A stretch of 58,017 nucleotides of DNA, taken from positions 1 through 58,017 of the IMG/VR virus record IMGVR_UViG_3300028025_000563, one strand, 5' to 3'. Under the pieces are notes generated by a model. That model did not search any database and had not been told where the DNA came from. It saw only the letters and a program-made list of their open reading frames with translations. Source of the DNA: a virus (lineage: Duplodnaviria > Caudoviricetes). Of this stretch, positions 1 to 8,328 are shown piece after piece. A program made the position numbers and the translations under genes. Position 1 is the first letter of the stretch. Each line of letters opens with the position of its first letter.

Positions 1-1
1 G

Positions 2-151
2 CTTTATGTAATTAATGACTGCAATTTCTGGATAGTAGAGGAAAACAACGGCGTTAATCATGCCGCATGTGACACCTTGCAAGAGGCTATAGCGTGCGCA
101 GCCGAAACCGTCAAATTAGGTTTAGCAGATGAATTCGTTATTGACGAATAA
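2..151 (+). CDS. hypothetical early protein, 5'-truncated
   Basis: Open frame LYVINDCNFW...EFVIDE ending in TAA at 149-151, just before the RBS of the next gene; translated by hand. Confidence 0.55.
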   Translation, partial: LYVINDCNFWIVEENNGVNHAACDTLQEAIACAAETVKLGLADEFVIDE

Positions 152-166
152 ACAAGGGAGGAAACA

Positions 167-325
167 ATGAGCGAAAGCGCGAGAAATTATCTTGAGAAAT
201 TCAACGGCGCAGCATGGTTAGAAAATATTAGTGATGCTGATCTAGAGACTGTAGCAGCAGCCTACTGGAAATCGTACTGGGAGAGCTTCAAAGCAGATGT
301 TAATCGTTGGAATTCAATTAAATAA
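167..325 (+). CDS. hypothetical early protein (52 aa)
   Basis: Not in ORF track; GGGAGGAAACA-ATG start, MSESARNYLEK...NSIK*. Confidence 0.7.
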   Translation: MSESARNYLEKFNGAAWLENISDADLETVAAAYWKSYWESFKADVNRWNSIK

Positions 326-336
326 TGGAGGAAACA

Positions 337-582
337 ATGAAAACACTATACGCAACCGGTCGCGATTACGGCACGCCACAGGTATTAGAGATCACCGCGC
401 CGGATAATTTGACCGATGACTTGCAACTAGTCGAAGTGCATTTTAGCGATGACGCACGCGGGATTAGCGGCACTGTAGAAATTTTAGATATACAAGCAAC
501 GCCGGAGCGGATTGGTCGCGAAGTGCTAGCAGAGTATGACGCGGGGAATTACAAAATTGTCAGCCATTTTAAAAACGCATAA
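337..582 (+). CDS. hypothetical early protein
   Basis: Track ORF 325..582; start moved to ATG 337 behind GGAGGAAACA. Confidence 0.75.
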   Translation: MKTLYATGRDYGTPQVLEITAPDNLTDDLQLVEVHFSDDARGISGTVEILDIQATPERIGREVLAEYDAGNYKIVSHFKNA

Positions 583-592
583 AGAGGAAACC

Positions 593-802
593 ATGAAATT
601 AACAGCACAGATCAGCATTGCCAATAATTACGGCATCGAAACTTTTTACCCTGTAGATGAAACCGCGCAATTATTTTCTAGAATCGCCGGCACCATCACA
701 TTAACCCGCGCCACCCTCGAATTAATGGACGCGCTCGGTTATGAAATCGAGATCAAGGAAAAGACTTTCAAGACATTTAAACAACTAACCGCCAACGCTT
801 AA
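593..802 (+). CDS. hypothetical early protein
   Basis: Track ORF 536..802; start moved to ATG 593 behind AGAGGAAACC. Confidence 0.7.
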   Translation: MKLTAQISIANNYGIETFYPVDETAQLFSRIAGTITLTRATLELMDALGYEIEIKEKTFKTFKQLTANA

Positions 803-814
803 GGATTAACCGCC

Positions 815-1090
815 ATGACTATAGGAATCGAAACCAAATTTTTACGCGCCACACAGAACACCGGCGCACGCGTTAAAGCATTCACTAGCAACGGGCACGC
901 CGCCGTTATTCCATTCGACTATTCACTAGACACAATAGATGCGCATTTTGCCGCCGTTATAGCACTGAAAGAAAAAAATAATCTAGATAGCTGGAACCTA
1001 GACGCCATGACATACGGCGGAACGAAGAACGGTTATTTTTTTACTTTCGCATGGTCTGAATATAAACCCAACACAATGAAAGGAAATTGA
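815..1090 (+). CDS. conserved hypothetical phage early protein
   Basis: AAGGA RBS; IETKFLRAT..GARVKA N-terminus typical of small phage early proteins. Confidence 0.75.
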   Translation: MTIGIETKFLRATQNTGARVKAFTSNGHAAVIPFDYSLDTIDAHFAAVIALKEKNNLDSWNLDAMTYGGTKNGYFFTFAWSEYKPNTMKGN

Positions 1091-1093
1091 ACC

Positions 1094-1507
1094 ATGACCA
1101 CATTAAACGACTATTTCACTTACACAATCGCGGCGCACTGGTTAGCCCCTATTTTTAACGCCGACTTTACCGGCTTATCAGATGAAGAGGAAAAGCAATT
1201 TTCTGATTTTATGGACACCGCCGGCAATATCGGTTTTTCTAATTTGCGCGATGCCACATGGAGCATGCCAGATGATAACGAAGAACCGCATTTTGCTAGA
1301 TGCGAAATCAGCGGATTACATTCGGATTGCTACACCATGCGCTTATATTTTACGAACGGGAACCGCGCCACACCTGATTTTCCAGTGACTGCGCACAACC
1401 ACGAAACGAATGAAACGCACGTTTTTTATAGTCTGCAGGAATTTATAGATTATTTAAACGAAAAAGATGATTGGCACACCTTTTCGACAATGGAGAAAAC
1501 AGCATGA
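1094..1507 (+). CDS. hypothetical acidic early protein
   Basis: 137-aa ORF tightly packed after previous stop, AAGGA RBS. Confidence 0.75.
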   Translation: MTTLNDYFTYTIAAHWLAPIFNADFTGLSDEEEKQFSDFMDTAGNIGFSNLRDATWSMPDDNEEPHFARCEISGLHSDCYTMRLYFTNGNRATPDFPVTAHNHETNETHVFYSLQEFIDYLNEKDDWHTFSTMEKTA

Positions 1508-1848
1508 AAACATTCGACTACATACAAGACAGCGGACATGGTTGGGTAAAGGTGCCAGTCTATTTACTAACCGCGCTCAATATCGCGGACAAAGTAAGCC
1601 ACTATTCATATTATCGCGCCGGCTTTGGATATCTGGAAGAAGACTGCGACCTATGCTTATTTTTTAATGCATATCATGCGCGATACGGTATCGATCCTAA
1701 ATTACGCGACCGAATCAGCGACCGATCACGCGTGCGAAATTACGCGCAATATAACGCCGCTAAGCATACATACGCGCACTATCTAGCTAAATCAATTGAC
1801 GGCGCAGCAATCCGCATAAACGCCGCCGCCGATATAGTGGGAGCATAA
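1504..1848 (+). CDS. conserved hypothetical phage protein (DxGHGW / YLEEDCD motifs)
   Basis: ATGA overlap with upstream stop, GGAG RBS; start moved from 1471 to 1504. Confidence 0.75.
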   Translation: MKTFDYIQDSGHGWVKVPVYLLTALNIADKVSHYSYYRAGFGYLEEDCDLCLFFNAYHARYGIDPKLRDRISDRSRVRNYAQYNAAKHTYAHYLAKSIDGAAIRINAAADIVGA

Positions 1849-1851
1849 AAA

Positions 1852-2529
1852 GTGAAAATACATTTTATAAAGCAATCAAAAAACCGCAAAACGGGACCAA
1901 TCCCCACAACATACAGCGAGCGGGGAACTTGCCCGCCCTCATGCCCGCATTATGAGGATGATTGTTATGGAGAGGATTATTACACGCGCTTAAACTGGAA
2001 TCAGGTTCCCAAACGCGGGGACACTATCGCCGATGCATGCGCGAAAATAGCAGCACTACCAGACGGGCAACTGTGGCGCCACAATGTAGCCGGAGATCTG
2101 CCAGGACTAAAAGAGGACATAGACCCCGCCGCGCTCGGCGAAATAGTCAAAGCGAACTTTGGCAAACGGGGCTTTACTTACACGCACAAAAAATCGCCCG
2201 ATGCTATCCACTGGATCAGGCACGCGGTGCAGTGGGGTTTTACTATTAATCTAAGCGCCGATGACGCCGGTGAAGCAGACGAGTTATCCGCGCATGGCTT
2301 GCCGCTCGTTTGCATAGTGCCAATGGATACACCAGAACACACCACAACACCGGCAGGTAGACCGATCACAATTTGCCCCGCACAAACCCGCGAATATATG
2401 ACTTGTGCAGTCTGCCAGTTATGCCAGAAAGCAGACCGCCGCGCGATCATAGGATTTCGCGCGCATGGAACCAAAGCAAAACAAACAGACGCACGCGCAC
2501 GCCGCATCATTCCAATAATGAAAGGGTAA
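1852..2529 (+). CDS. Cys-rich Gp88-like / radical-SAM-fold-like phage protein
   Basis: N-terminal TCPPSCP...C, RHNVAGD, FTYTH, INLSAD, C-terminal CPAQ...TCAVCQLC; GTG start after GGAG. Confidence 0.65.
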   Translation: MKIHFIKQSKNRKTGPIPTTYSERGTCPPSCPHYEDDCYGEDYYTRLNWNQVPKRGDTIADACAKIAALPDGQLWRHNVAGDLPGLKEDIDPAALGEIVKANFGKRGFTYTHKKSPDAIHWIRHAVQWGFTINLSADDAGEADELSAHGLPLVCIVPMDTPEHTTTPAGRPITICPAQTREYMTCAVCQLCQKADRRAIIGFRAHGTKAKQTDARARRIIPIMKG

Positions 2530-2533
2530 GACT

Positions 2534-2812
2534 ATGAACTATTTCAGCACAGGATCAGGAAGAATCGAATTACAGATCAAACTAGACCACGCGCACACCG
2601 GACACCATGCCGGACAATGCGACCAAGACATTGAGCACCTGCTAACCGTTGACTATATACGCGCGCAGCTTGACGCTATCCCGCCGGCATTATTGGCGGA
2701 AGAATTGCGCGAGTATGGCGCATGGAGTACAGAAGAACTTGCAGACCACGAACAAAACAAAGCCCGCATTTTATGGCTTGCATGCGGGGACATTGTCGAA
2801 GATGATTATTAA
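2534..2812 (+). CDS. hypothetical early protein
   Basis: 92-aa ORF in operon; ELREYGAW...LWLACGDI. Confidence 0.75.
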   Translation: MNYFSTGSGRIELQIKLDHAHTGHHAGQCDQDIEHLLTVDYIRAQLDAIPPALLAEELREYGAWSTEELADHEQNKARILWLACGDIVEDDY

Positions 2813-2935
2813 AAATGCAACAATCTTTTTTTGATGTGCTATTGGAACCGCGAGACAGTCCGCCGTTTTATATTGTCACGCTCGATAATGGTTGCCGTAT
2901 TTTTTACGGCTTACCATTACCCGATAAAAAAATTC

Positions 2936-2965
2936 TTGACACTTGATTGAGTCAGGCTTAATAAT
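2936..2965 (+). promoter_or_regulatory. putative sigma-70 promoter for the repeat-linked early gene array
   Basis: TTGACA (2936-2941), N18, AATAAT (2960-2965); the spacer holds the GAGTCAGGCTTA motif. Confidence 0.5.
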
Positions 2966-3016
2966 GCAATAGTTGGTTGACGTAAAATGTAATACACTAT
3001 ATAGGAGATCAGACGA

Positions 3017-3199
3017 ATGAAACAAATTGAGACGTACACGAATGAACATTACGGGATTGAGTCTCGCATATACATGACCGAGTCAGGCTTCACTGTTGCG
3101 CTGCACGACCTTGATGCCGATGAAACTTTAAATCATTACTACCGTTTCACCACGCTTGCACAAGCAATTGTGAAAGCAAAACACATAGCTAACCTTTAG
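3017..3199 (+). CDS. hypothetical early protein
   Basis: Starts behind the 13-bp repeat; its TAG stop overlaps the next copy. Confidence 0.8.
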   Translation: MKQIETYTNEHYGIESRIYMTESGFTVALHDLDADETLNHYYRFTTLAQAIVKAKHIANL

Positions 3200-3211
3200 G
3201 AGATCAGACGA

Positions 3212-3403
3212 ATGAACACAAAAGAATTGATGTCAAGAGAAGAGATCATTGAAAAGTATGTTGACCATTTAGTAGATGGTATGGATTGGGAAACAATGCA
3301 GCAATTTGTAACCGAGATACTGTGGGAACAGTTAGACAAGTTAGGTGACGCAGATTTACTGAATGAGGTATCCGACTATATGCCTAATTTATTCATTGAC
3401 TAA
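3212..3403 (+). CDS. hypothetical acidic early protein
   Basis: Starts behind the 13-bp repeat; strongly D/E-rich. Confidence 0.8.
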   Translation: MNTKELMSREEIIEKYVDHLVDGMDWETMQQFVTEILWEQLDKLGDADLLNEVSDYMPNLFID

Positions 3404-3420
3404 TAGGAGATCAGACGATC

Positions 3421-3636
3421 ATGAAATACGACATATACAGATGCACAGGCTTTTGGTTAGATGAACATCAACACAAAACCAAAGTAGATTTTATGGATGT
3501 ACTTGTAGCCAAAGGCGAGTGGGATGAGATTCATGATGCTGATGATGAGTGCATATTTTTTTATATGGACGGAGTAGAACTAAACGTAGGCGACATTATT
3601 TCAGACGGTTTTGTTATTACAGAAATTCACGAATAG
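3421..3636 (+). CDS. hypothetical early protein
   Basis: Starts behind the 13-bp repeat. Confidence 0.8.
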   Translation: MKYDIYRCTGFWLDEHQHKTKVDFMDVLVAKGEWDEIHDADDECIFFYMDGVELNVGDIISDGFVITEIHE

Positions 3637-3648
3637 GAGATCAGACGA

Positions 3649-3918
3649 ATGACCGACACCACTTATAACGGATGGACTAATTACGCAACATGGAGAGTAA
3701 ATCTTGAAATGTTTGATGGATGGGATGCAGACCAACTGGATGCACTCACAATGGGTGACACCTACAACTTAAAGCAGCAGCTAAAAGACTATGCAACCGA
3801 CTTGATTGAGTGTAGCGGTTCAGGGCTTGCAGTTGATTATGCACTTGCGTTTTTAAATGATGTCAACTGGTACGAAATAGCGCAGCACATGGTAAGCGAT
3901 CATGCTTTAGAAAATTAA
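3649..3918 (+). CDS. conserved phage protein (YNGWTNYATW family)
   Basis: Recurrent phage early-protein motif YNGWTNYATWRVNL...VNWYEIA. Confidence 0.8.
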   Translation: MTDTTYNGWTNYATWRVNLEMFDGWDADQLDALTMGDTYNLKQQLKDYATDLIECSGSGLAVDYALAFLNDVNWYEIAQHMVSDHALEN

Positions 3919-3934
3919 ATAGGAGATCAGGCGA

Positions 3935-4258
3935 ATGAAAACAAATGAACTATTAGGGGCGGCACTTGATTGGGCAGTAGCAAAGTGCGAAGGCTTTAGC
4001 AATAGCTCTTGGGATGATGAGAGATTATGTTTCATTACAGAATTTGATGTTGACTTTGAGCCATCAATCAACTGGGAGCAAGGCGGCAAGATCATCGAAC
4101 GTAATCGCATCAATCTGTGGTGCGATGGATATGGTGACTGGGAAGCAAAGCAATACGGCAAGCATGAAATGTGGGCGAAAAGACCATTAGTCGCAGCAAT
4201 GCGCTGCTATGTGGCAAGCAAGCTAGGTGAAGAAGTAGATGTACCAACTTTTATTTAA
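3935..4258 (+). CDS. NinX-family (DUF2591-like) phage protein
   Basis: LxGAALDWAVAK, PSxNWxQGGxIIER and PLVAAMRCYVASKLG motifs. Confidence 0.8.
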   Translation: MKTNELLGAALDWAVAKCEGFSNSSWDDERLCFITEFDVDFEPSINWEQGGKIIERNRINLWCDGYGDWEAKQYGKHEMWAKRPLVAAMRCYVASKLGEEVDVPTFI

Positions 4259-4271
4259 GGAGATCAGACGA

Positions 4272-4505
4272 ATGAAGATACGAATGACAGTTGACAGAGA
4301 TGTATTTGAAGATGACAACGGACTGATTGTTAACTTTGACCAGTTCGAGCCAACGGAGGATGAGCCAACACACTTTGGCGGTTATGTTCGCATCATGCAA
4401 GACGATGAGAACAAGTGCTTCACTGTTTTTGTATTCAACGCAGCGGGTGACATATTGTCAGAGACAGATGTGCCATTCAAATTCATACCAGTAGAAGATA
4501 TTTAA
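4272..4505 (+). CDS. hypothetical acidic early protein
   Basis: Start moved from 4239 to ATG 4272 behind the 13-bp repeat. Confidence 0.75.
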   Translation: MKIRMTVDRDVFEDDNGLIVNFDQFEPTEDEPTHFGGYVRIMQDDENKCFTVFVFNAAGDILSETDVPFKFIPVEDI

Positions 4506-4517
4506 GGAGATCAGACG

Positions 4518-4709
4518 ATGAACTTTGACGAGGTTGTAGCTTTTGTAAACTCAACATCAAAACATTTATCAATAGATAAGGATGTTGTCTTTGAGATTCT
4601 GATAACTGAAGATCAGGATTTTTCTTATCAACAACATGGCGGTAACTATACAGCAGTTATAGATGCGCAAAATATTTGGAATGATGCAAAAAGATTTTTT
4701 AAACCATAG
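4518..4709 (+). CDS. hypothetical early protein
   Basis: Starts behind the 13-bp repeat. Confidence 0.75.
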   Translation: MNFDEVVAFVNSTSKHLSIDKDVVFEILITEDQDFSYQQHGGNYTAVIDAQNIWNDAKRFFKP

Positions 4710-4721
4710 GAGATCAGACGG

Positions 4722-4892
4722 ATGCCTAAGTTCAGAGCAATGGCAGTTTATTACACATACTGCACAGCAATTATAGAAGCAGACAACGCAGAGCAAGCAT
4801 ACCAACTTGCGAAAGATGCAGACGGTATAGATTTTAAACCGTCTAATGAATCCTACGACTGGCACATCAACGAAGTAACGGAGATCGACTGA
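4722..4892 (+). CDS. hypothetical early protein (56 aa)
   Basis: Not in track; MPKFRAMAVYYTYC...EVTEID*, starts behind the repeat at 4708. Confidence 0.75.
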   Translation: MPKFRAMAVYYTYCTAIIEADNAEQAYQLAKDADGIDFKPSNESYDWHINEVTEID

Positions 4893-5074
4893 TGAAACCA
4901 AAACAATACGAAGTGCTATTCATGAATGAGAATGTGTGGACTATTGACAGTAAGCCGCACATTTTCAATTCATGGAAGGAAGCTAAAGCAGAACTAGAAG
5001 AACACTTCCAAGACATGGATGACGCAGACATGGACTACGAACCATCAGACTATCGGATAGAGGAGAAGGCATGA
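4892..5074 (+). CDS. hypothetical acidic early protein
   Basis: TGATG overlap; preceded by degenerate repeat GGAGATCGACTG. Confidence 0.75.
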   Translation: MKPKQYEVLFMNENVWTIDSKPHIFNSWKEAKAELEEHFQDMDDADMDYEPSDYRIEEKA

Positions 5075-5259
5075 CGGACGAACTACACTACGAATTCATA
5101 AGTCGAATTATGTCAGAGCAACTATTAAAGTTTTGTCGAGCGAATGATTTGCCATTCGAAAGTGCAGACGAATTAATATTGCGCAAAGAATTATCGAGCT
5201 ATCAATTTGGATGGTTAAATTCATACATAGCTATTTGGGATGCCTTGATAGGTGAGTGA
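5071..5259 (+). CDS. hypothetical early protein
   Basis: ATGA overlap, GAGGAG RBS. Confidence 0.7.
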   Translation: MTDELHYEFISRIMSEQLLKFCRANDLPFESADELILRKELSSYQFGWLNSYIAIWDALIGE

Positions 5260-5283
5260 GTCAGGCTTATAGGAGATCAGACG

Positions 5284-5439
5284 ATGAACGCAAAACAATT
5301 AATTGAAGAATTACAGAAACTTCCAGAAGATACCATCATGTACGTTTGGGTTCACAGCGAACGGCTTGAGGTTACAGAAGTAGACAACAGTTTTTTTGAT
5401 GATGGATACGCTGACATAAATACTCGGAGCAGACCATGA
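5284..5439 (+). CDS. hypothetical early protein (51 aa)
   Basis: Not in track; MNAKQLIEELQKLPED...RSRP*, starts behind the repeat at 5271. Confidence 0.75.
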   Translation: MNAKQLIEELQKLPEDTIMYVWVHSERLEVTEVDNSFFDDGYADINTRSRP

Positions 5440-5642
5440 GAAAATATGAATATGATGTGGACGTTACCATTACCTACACCAAGACCATCACAGTCGAAGC
5501 ACTGGATGATGAGCAAGCAGAATACTTTGCTCACCGAGATATGCGGCAGGAGTTTGGGTTAGACTGTGACATTGAGATCAGCCGAACGTGGAAGTCGGGT
5601 GTGGTTGAAGATGACCGCAGACGAAAAGACGTACACGATTAA
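5436..5642 (+). CDS. hypothetical protein
   Basis: ATGA overlap; ITVEALDDEQAE motif. Confidence 0.7.
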   Translation: MRKYEYDVDVTITYTKTITVEALDDEQAEYFAHRDMRQEFGLDCDIEISRTWKSGVVEDDRRRKDVHD

Positions 5643-5647
5643 GGATT

Positions 5648-5851
5648 ATGATGACAGCACCTAAGATGTTCACCATTCACTTGATTGAATCCGACTCCGG
5701 CTACGTCCATGCGATAACGGACTACACTGGAGAAGGTGAGATCGTCTTGAGACTGGGTACTGAAATACTCAATACCCTCGCTCTCATTCAACCATTCACA
5801 GAAGGGCGATTGAGTGTCGCCCATCCTGTGAGATCAGACGCGCAACATTGA
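5648..5851 (+). CDS. hypothetical protein
   Basis: AAGGA RBS; last gene of the rightward early block, converging on the primase. Confidence 0.6.
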   Translation: MMTAPKMFTIHLIESDSGYVHAITDYTGEGEIVLRLGTEILNTLALIQPFTEGRLSVAHPVRSDAQH

Positions 5852-6658
5852 CTGGGTCAGGCTTTGGGATGCTTTGAACATCCCCACTCTCTTCCAATAG
5901 TCATTAAAGTCCTCTCCCACTGTGTCGCTCATCCAATACTTCCATCCTATTTTCTTGGCGGTATTCTCGCCTGTCAGGCTGGCATCATTGTCAGCTATGA
6001 CTAATCCCTCATTCAATCCCTCTGCTACCTTCAGCATATTACCTGCCGAGAAGCAGACATGAATAGAGTACGGACGCTTCAGTTGCTTCATGATCAGACG
6101 AACTGACAGTGCCGTAGCGTATCCCTCGCACAGAATATTGAAACCACCACGACCGAAGGTGAACGTGGCATTACTTGTGCGCTGTCCATACAAGAACTTT
6201 TTCCCGCCATCCTCATCGATCATCTGCACACCAACAATCGAGCCATTCACCCGCATTGGGATCAGAAGAACAGGCTTACCCTCTATATACAATACGTTAC
6301 CTTGCTCTTTATCAAATCCCTTTGCTGTTAAATACGGATGTCCAGACATTCCAGAATTATTGAGCATACTTACTGCCTTCTGCTGTGCGATTTGCTGCTT
6401 TCTGCGTATCTCGTCATCAGCCTTGTGAACTGTTGCACGCAATTCTCGGTGGTTGATTGAGTCAGGCTTATCAGATTTCCAAATTGAAACCACAGTATCC
6501 ATTGCATGATTTTGTACAAACCCATGCGTACCTAGATACTTCACCGCACCATTCTTTGAACGAGGATGGTCTTCTGTTGGATATCTTTTCCACACGCCCA
6601 CTGGTGGGTAGTCATTGATGATGATGCCATGCGATCTGGCGAAGTCGATGAAGTCCAT
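5834..6658 (-). CDS. TOPRIM-domain DNA primase-like protein
   Basis: HPYLTAKG, LLIPM...VGVQMIDEDGGKKF, CEGYATALS, IADND, DFND motifs. Confidence 0.85.
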   Translation of the reverse strand: MDFIDFARSHGIIINDYPPVGVWKRYPTEDHPRSKNGAVKYLGTHGFVQNHAMDTVVSIWKSDKPDSINHRELRATVHKADDEIRRKQQIAQQKAVSMLNNSGMSGHPYLTAKGFDKEQGNVLYIEGKPVLLIPMRVNGSIVGVQMIDEDGGKKFLYGQRTSNATFTFGRGGFNILCEGYATALSVRLIMKQLKRPYSIHVCFSAGNMLKVAEGLNEGLVIADNDASLTGENTAKKIGWKYWMSDTVGEDFNDYWKRVGMFKASQSLTQSMLRV

Positions 6659-6660
6659 GA

Positions 6661-6816
6661 TTACTCATCCTCTCCATGTAATTGGCATGGCTTTAACTTT
6701 TCTTTTTGTTCTTCTGGCTTTGGCTTTCCGAAAATCAGATCAAAGTTTTCTCTGTACTTATCTGTGATCTCTTTGGTCTTGATCTCGTCTCCAGTTACAT
6801 CATTGCGTGTAGTCAT
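6661..6816 (-). CDS. small conserved phage protein (51 aa)
   Basis: Not in track; MTTRNDVTGDEIKTK...YRENFDLIFG fills the gap between helicase and primase. Confidence 0.7.
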   Translation of the reverse strand: MTTRNDVTGDEIKTKEITDKYRENFDLIFGKPKPEEQKEKLKPCQLHGEDE

Positions 6817-8285
6817 TACTTCCTCCCTGTTTTCTTCAAGAACGCATATAGTTTTTTCTGTACAAACTTCTCTACTTCTTTGGTAGGTACTTTTACCTGA
6901 GAGTCATCCATCAGTCTAGGCCAGACTCCGAACTTCTCTCTGTATGTGTTAGCCGCCCTACCTTTAGACCATCCCTTATATCGAATGTAATACTGCATCA
7001 TTGACCAGAACTCTTGCTTACTCTCTCCAGACATAGCCGAACCCAGCTCCTGCAATTCACCCGCAACATCAATTACTTTGTTGGTGCGCTCTCTTGTGTA
7101 CCCGCAGTTGTAACAAGTATCACCACCAGACCACAGTACATGGCACGATGGACATTGCGATTCTTTCTTCTCGCGTTCAGACGGTTCCTTCTTTGCCTTC
7201 TCTTTCTCTTCGTCTAATTCATGCACGCCATCTGTGTATATCTCTTCCCACTCTTTACGAAAGCGCAGGTAGTTACCCGAATGATCTAACCATAGTGCAA
7301 ACTCTTTACCCTCATTGCCACGCATTACACGACCCATCTGCTGAATGTGTGATGACAGTGACTTACTGAATGGTCTTGCTGATATGCCTATCATTACATC
7401 AGGCACATCGAATCCCTTTGTGAGAATGTCAGTAGCTATCAGTCCTGTAATTTCTGTGTCAGGCTTAGCGAAGTCTTCAATGACCTGCTTCTTCCACTCG
7501 TCATCATCCTTGTAGCTGATGCAAATAAAGTTATGACCATGCTCTTGGAACTTCTTGGCTAGGTCTGCGCCATGATCTACACCAGACGCGAACACAATAG
7601 TCTTCTTAGGCTCACCGAATACTTCATGCGTCTTCTTAATCCACTCTGATACCACATCGCCTGTGATCTTCTTGCCTCTGGCTGTGGCTTCAGCATTCGA
7701 CCACTCGCCTGCAACTTTCTTTGCGCCAGTCATGTCAATCTCTTTGGCAATGAACACACGCAGTGGCACCAACACCCTGTCATCAACTAACTCTTTAGTG
7801 GTAACAGTGCTGACTACGTTCTCATACACGCGACCCAATCCTTTTGTGAATGGAGTAGCAGTGAGCCCGATCACACGCACATCTGGATTGTTCTTGATGA
7901 AGTCCATTGTTTGTGCGCGCGTCTGATGGCATTCATCTACGATCAGAAGGTTGAGTCCTGGAAACGAACCCCTGCGCTCTAGTGTTTGTGCCGAGCATAC
8001 CTGTATGTTTTCATACGGACGGTAACGCCAATGCCCTGCTTGCATGACACCATGATCTATTTTGTATCGCTCTAGCCTGCCAGATGTTTGATCACACAGG
8101 ACTACACGATCTAATAGCATGGCAGTCTTGTTACCTTTAGCTTTAGTTGCAGCCATCAAAGCAATAGCCATCTCAGTCTTACCTGCACCCGTAGGCGCGT
8201 ATAGGATTTGCACTCTCTTTCCAGAGAGAAAACCCTTACGCAATTCATCAAGAGTCTTCTCCTGATAAGGACGTAAATTCAGCAT
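6816..8285 (-). CDS. superfamily II DNA helicase (DExH, ResIII/SSL2-like) with C-terminal Zn finger
   Basis: LRPYQ, APTGAGKT, DECH, GLTATP, KGFDVPD, QQMGRVMR, CPSC...CYNCG. Confidence 0.93.
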   Translation of the reverse strand: MLNLRPYQEKTLDELRKGFLSGKRVQILYAPTGAGKTEMAIALMAATKAKGNKTAMLLDRVVLCDQTSGRLERYKIDHGVMQAGHWRYRPYENIQVCSAQTLERRGSFPGLNLLIVDECHQTRAQTMDFIKNNPDVRVIGLTATPFTKGLGRVYENVVSTVTTKELVDDRVLVPLRVFIAKEIDMTGAKKVAGEWSNAEATARGKKITGDVVSEWIKKTHEVFGEPKKTIVFASGVDHGADLAKKFQEHGHNFICISYKDDDEWKKQVIEDFAKPDTEITGLIATDILTKGFDVPDVMIGISARPFSKSLSSHIQQMGRVMRGNEGKEFALWLDHSGNYLRFRKEWEEIYTDGVHELDEEKEKAKKEPSEREKKESQCPSCHVLWSGGDTCYNCGYTRERTNKVIDVAGELQELGSAMSGESKQEFWSMMQYYIRYKGWSKGRAANTYREKFGVWPRLMDDSQVKVPTKEVEKFVQKKLYAFLKKTGRK

Positions 8286-8328
8286 ATAGTCTCCACTGTT
8301 GTCTCACATGCCGGACAACCTCGGCGTT

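Larger units (their letters stand above)
3003..5283 (+). repeat. dispersed 13-bp start-associated repeat AGGAGATCAGACG (9 copies)
   Basis: Copies at 3003, 3198, 3405, 3635, 3921 (1 mismatch), 4258, 4505, 4708, 5271, each 0-3 nt before an ATG. Confidence 0.95.

Noticed and set aside
2815-2946. 43-aa ORF MQQSFFDV...KILDT
   Set aside because: No clear Shine-Dalgarno and it overlaps the predicted promoter; possible but unsupported.
3003-5283. Repeat array read as a CRISPR array or integron attC array
   Set aside because: The repeat is only 13 bp and non-palindromic, spacing is irregular (about 195-560 bp), the intervals are intact ORFs, and no cas or integrase gene is present.
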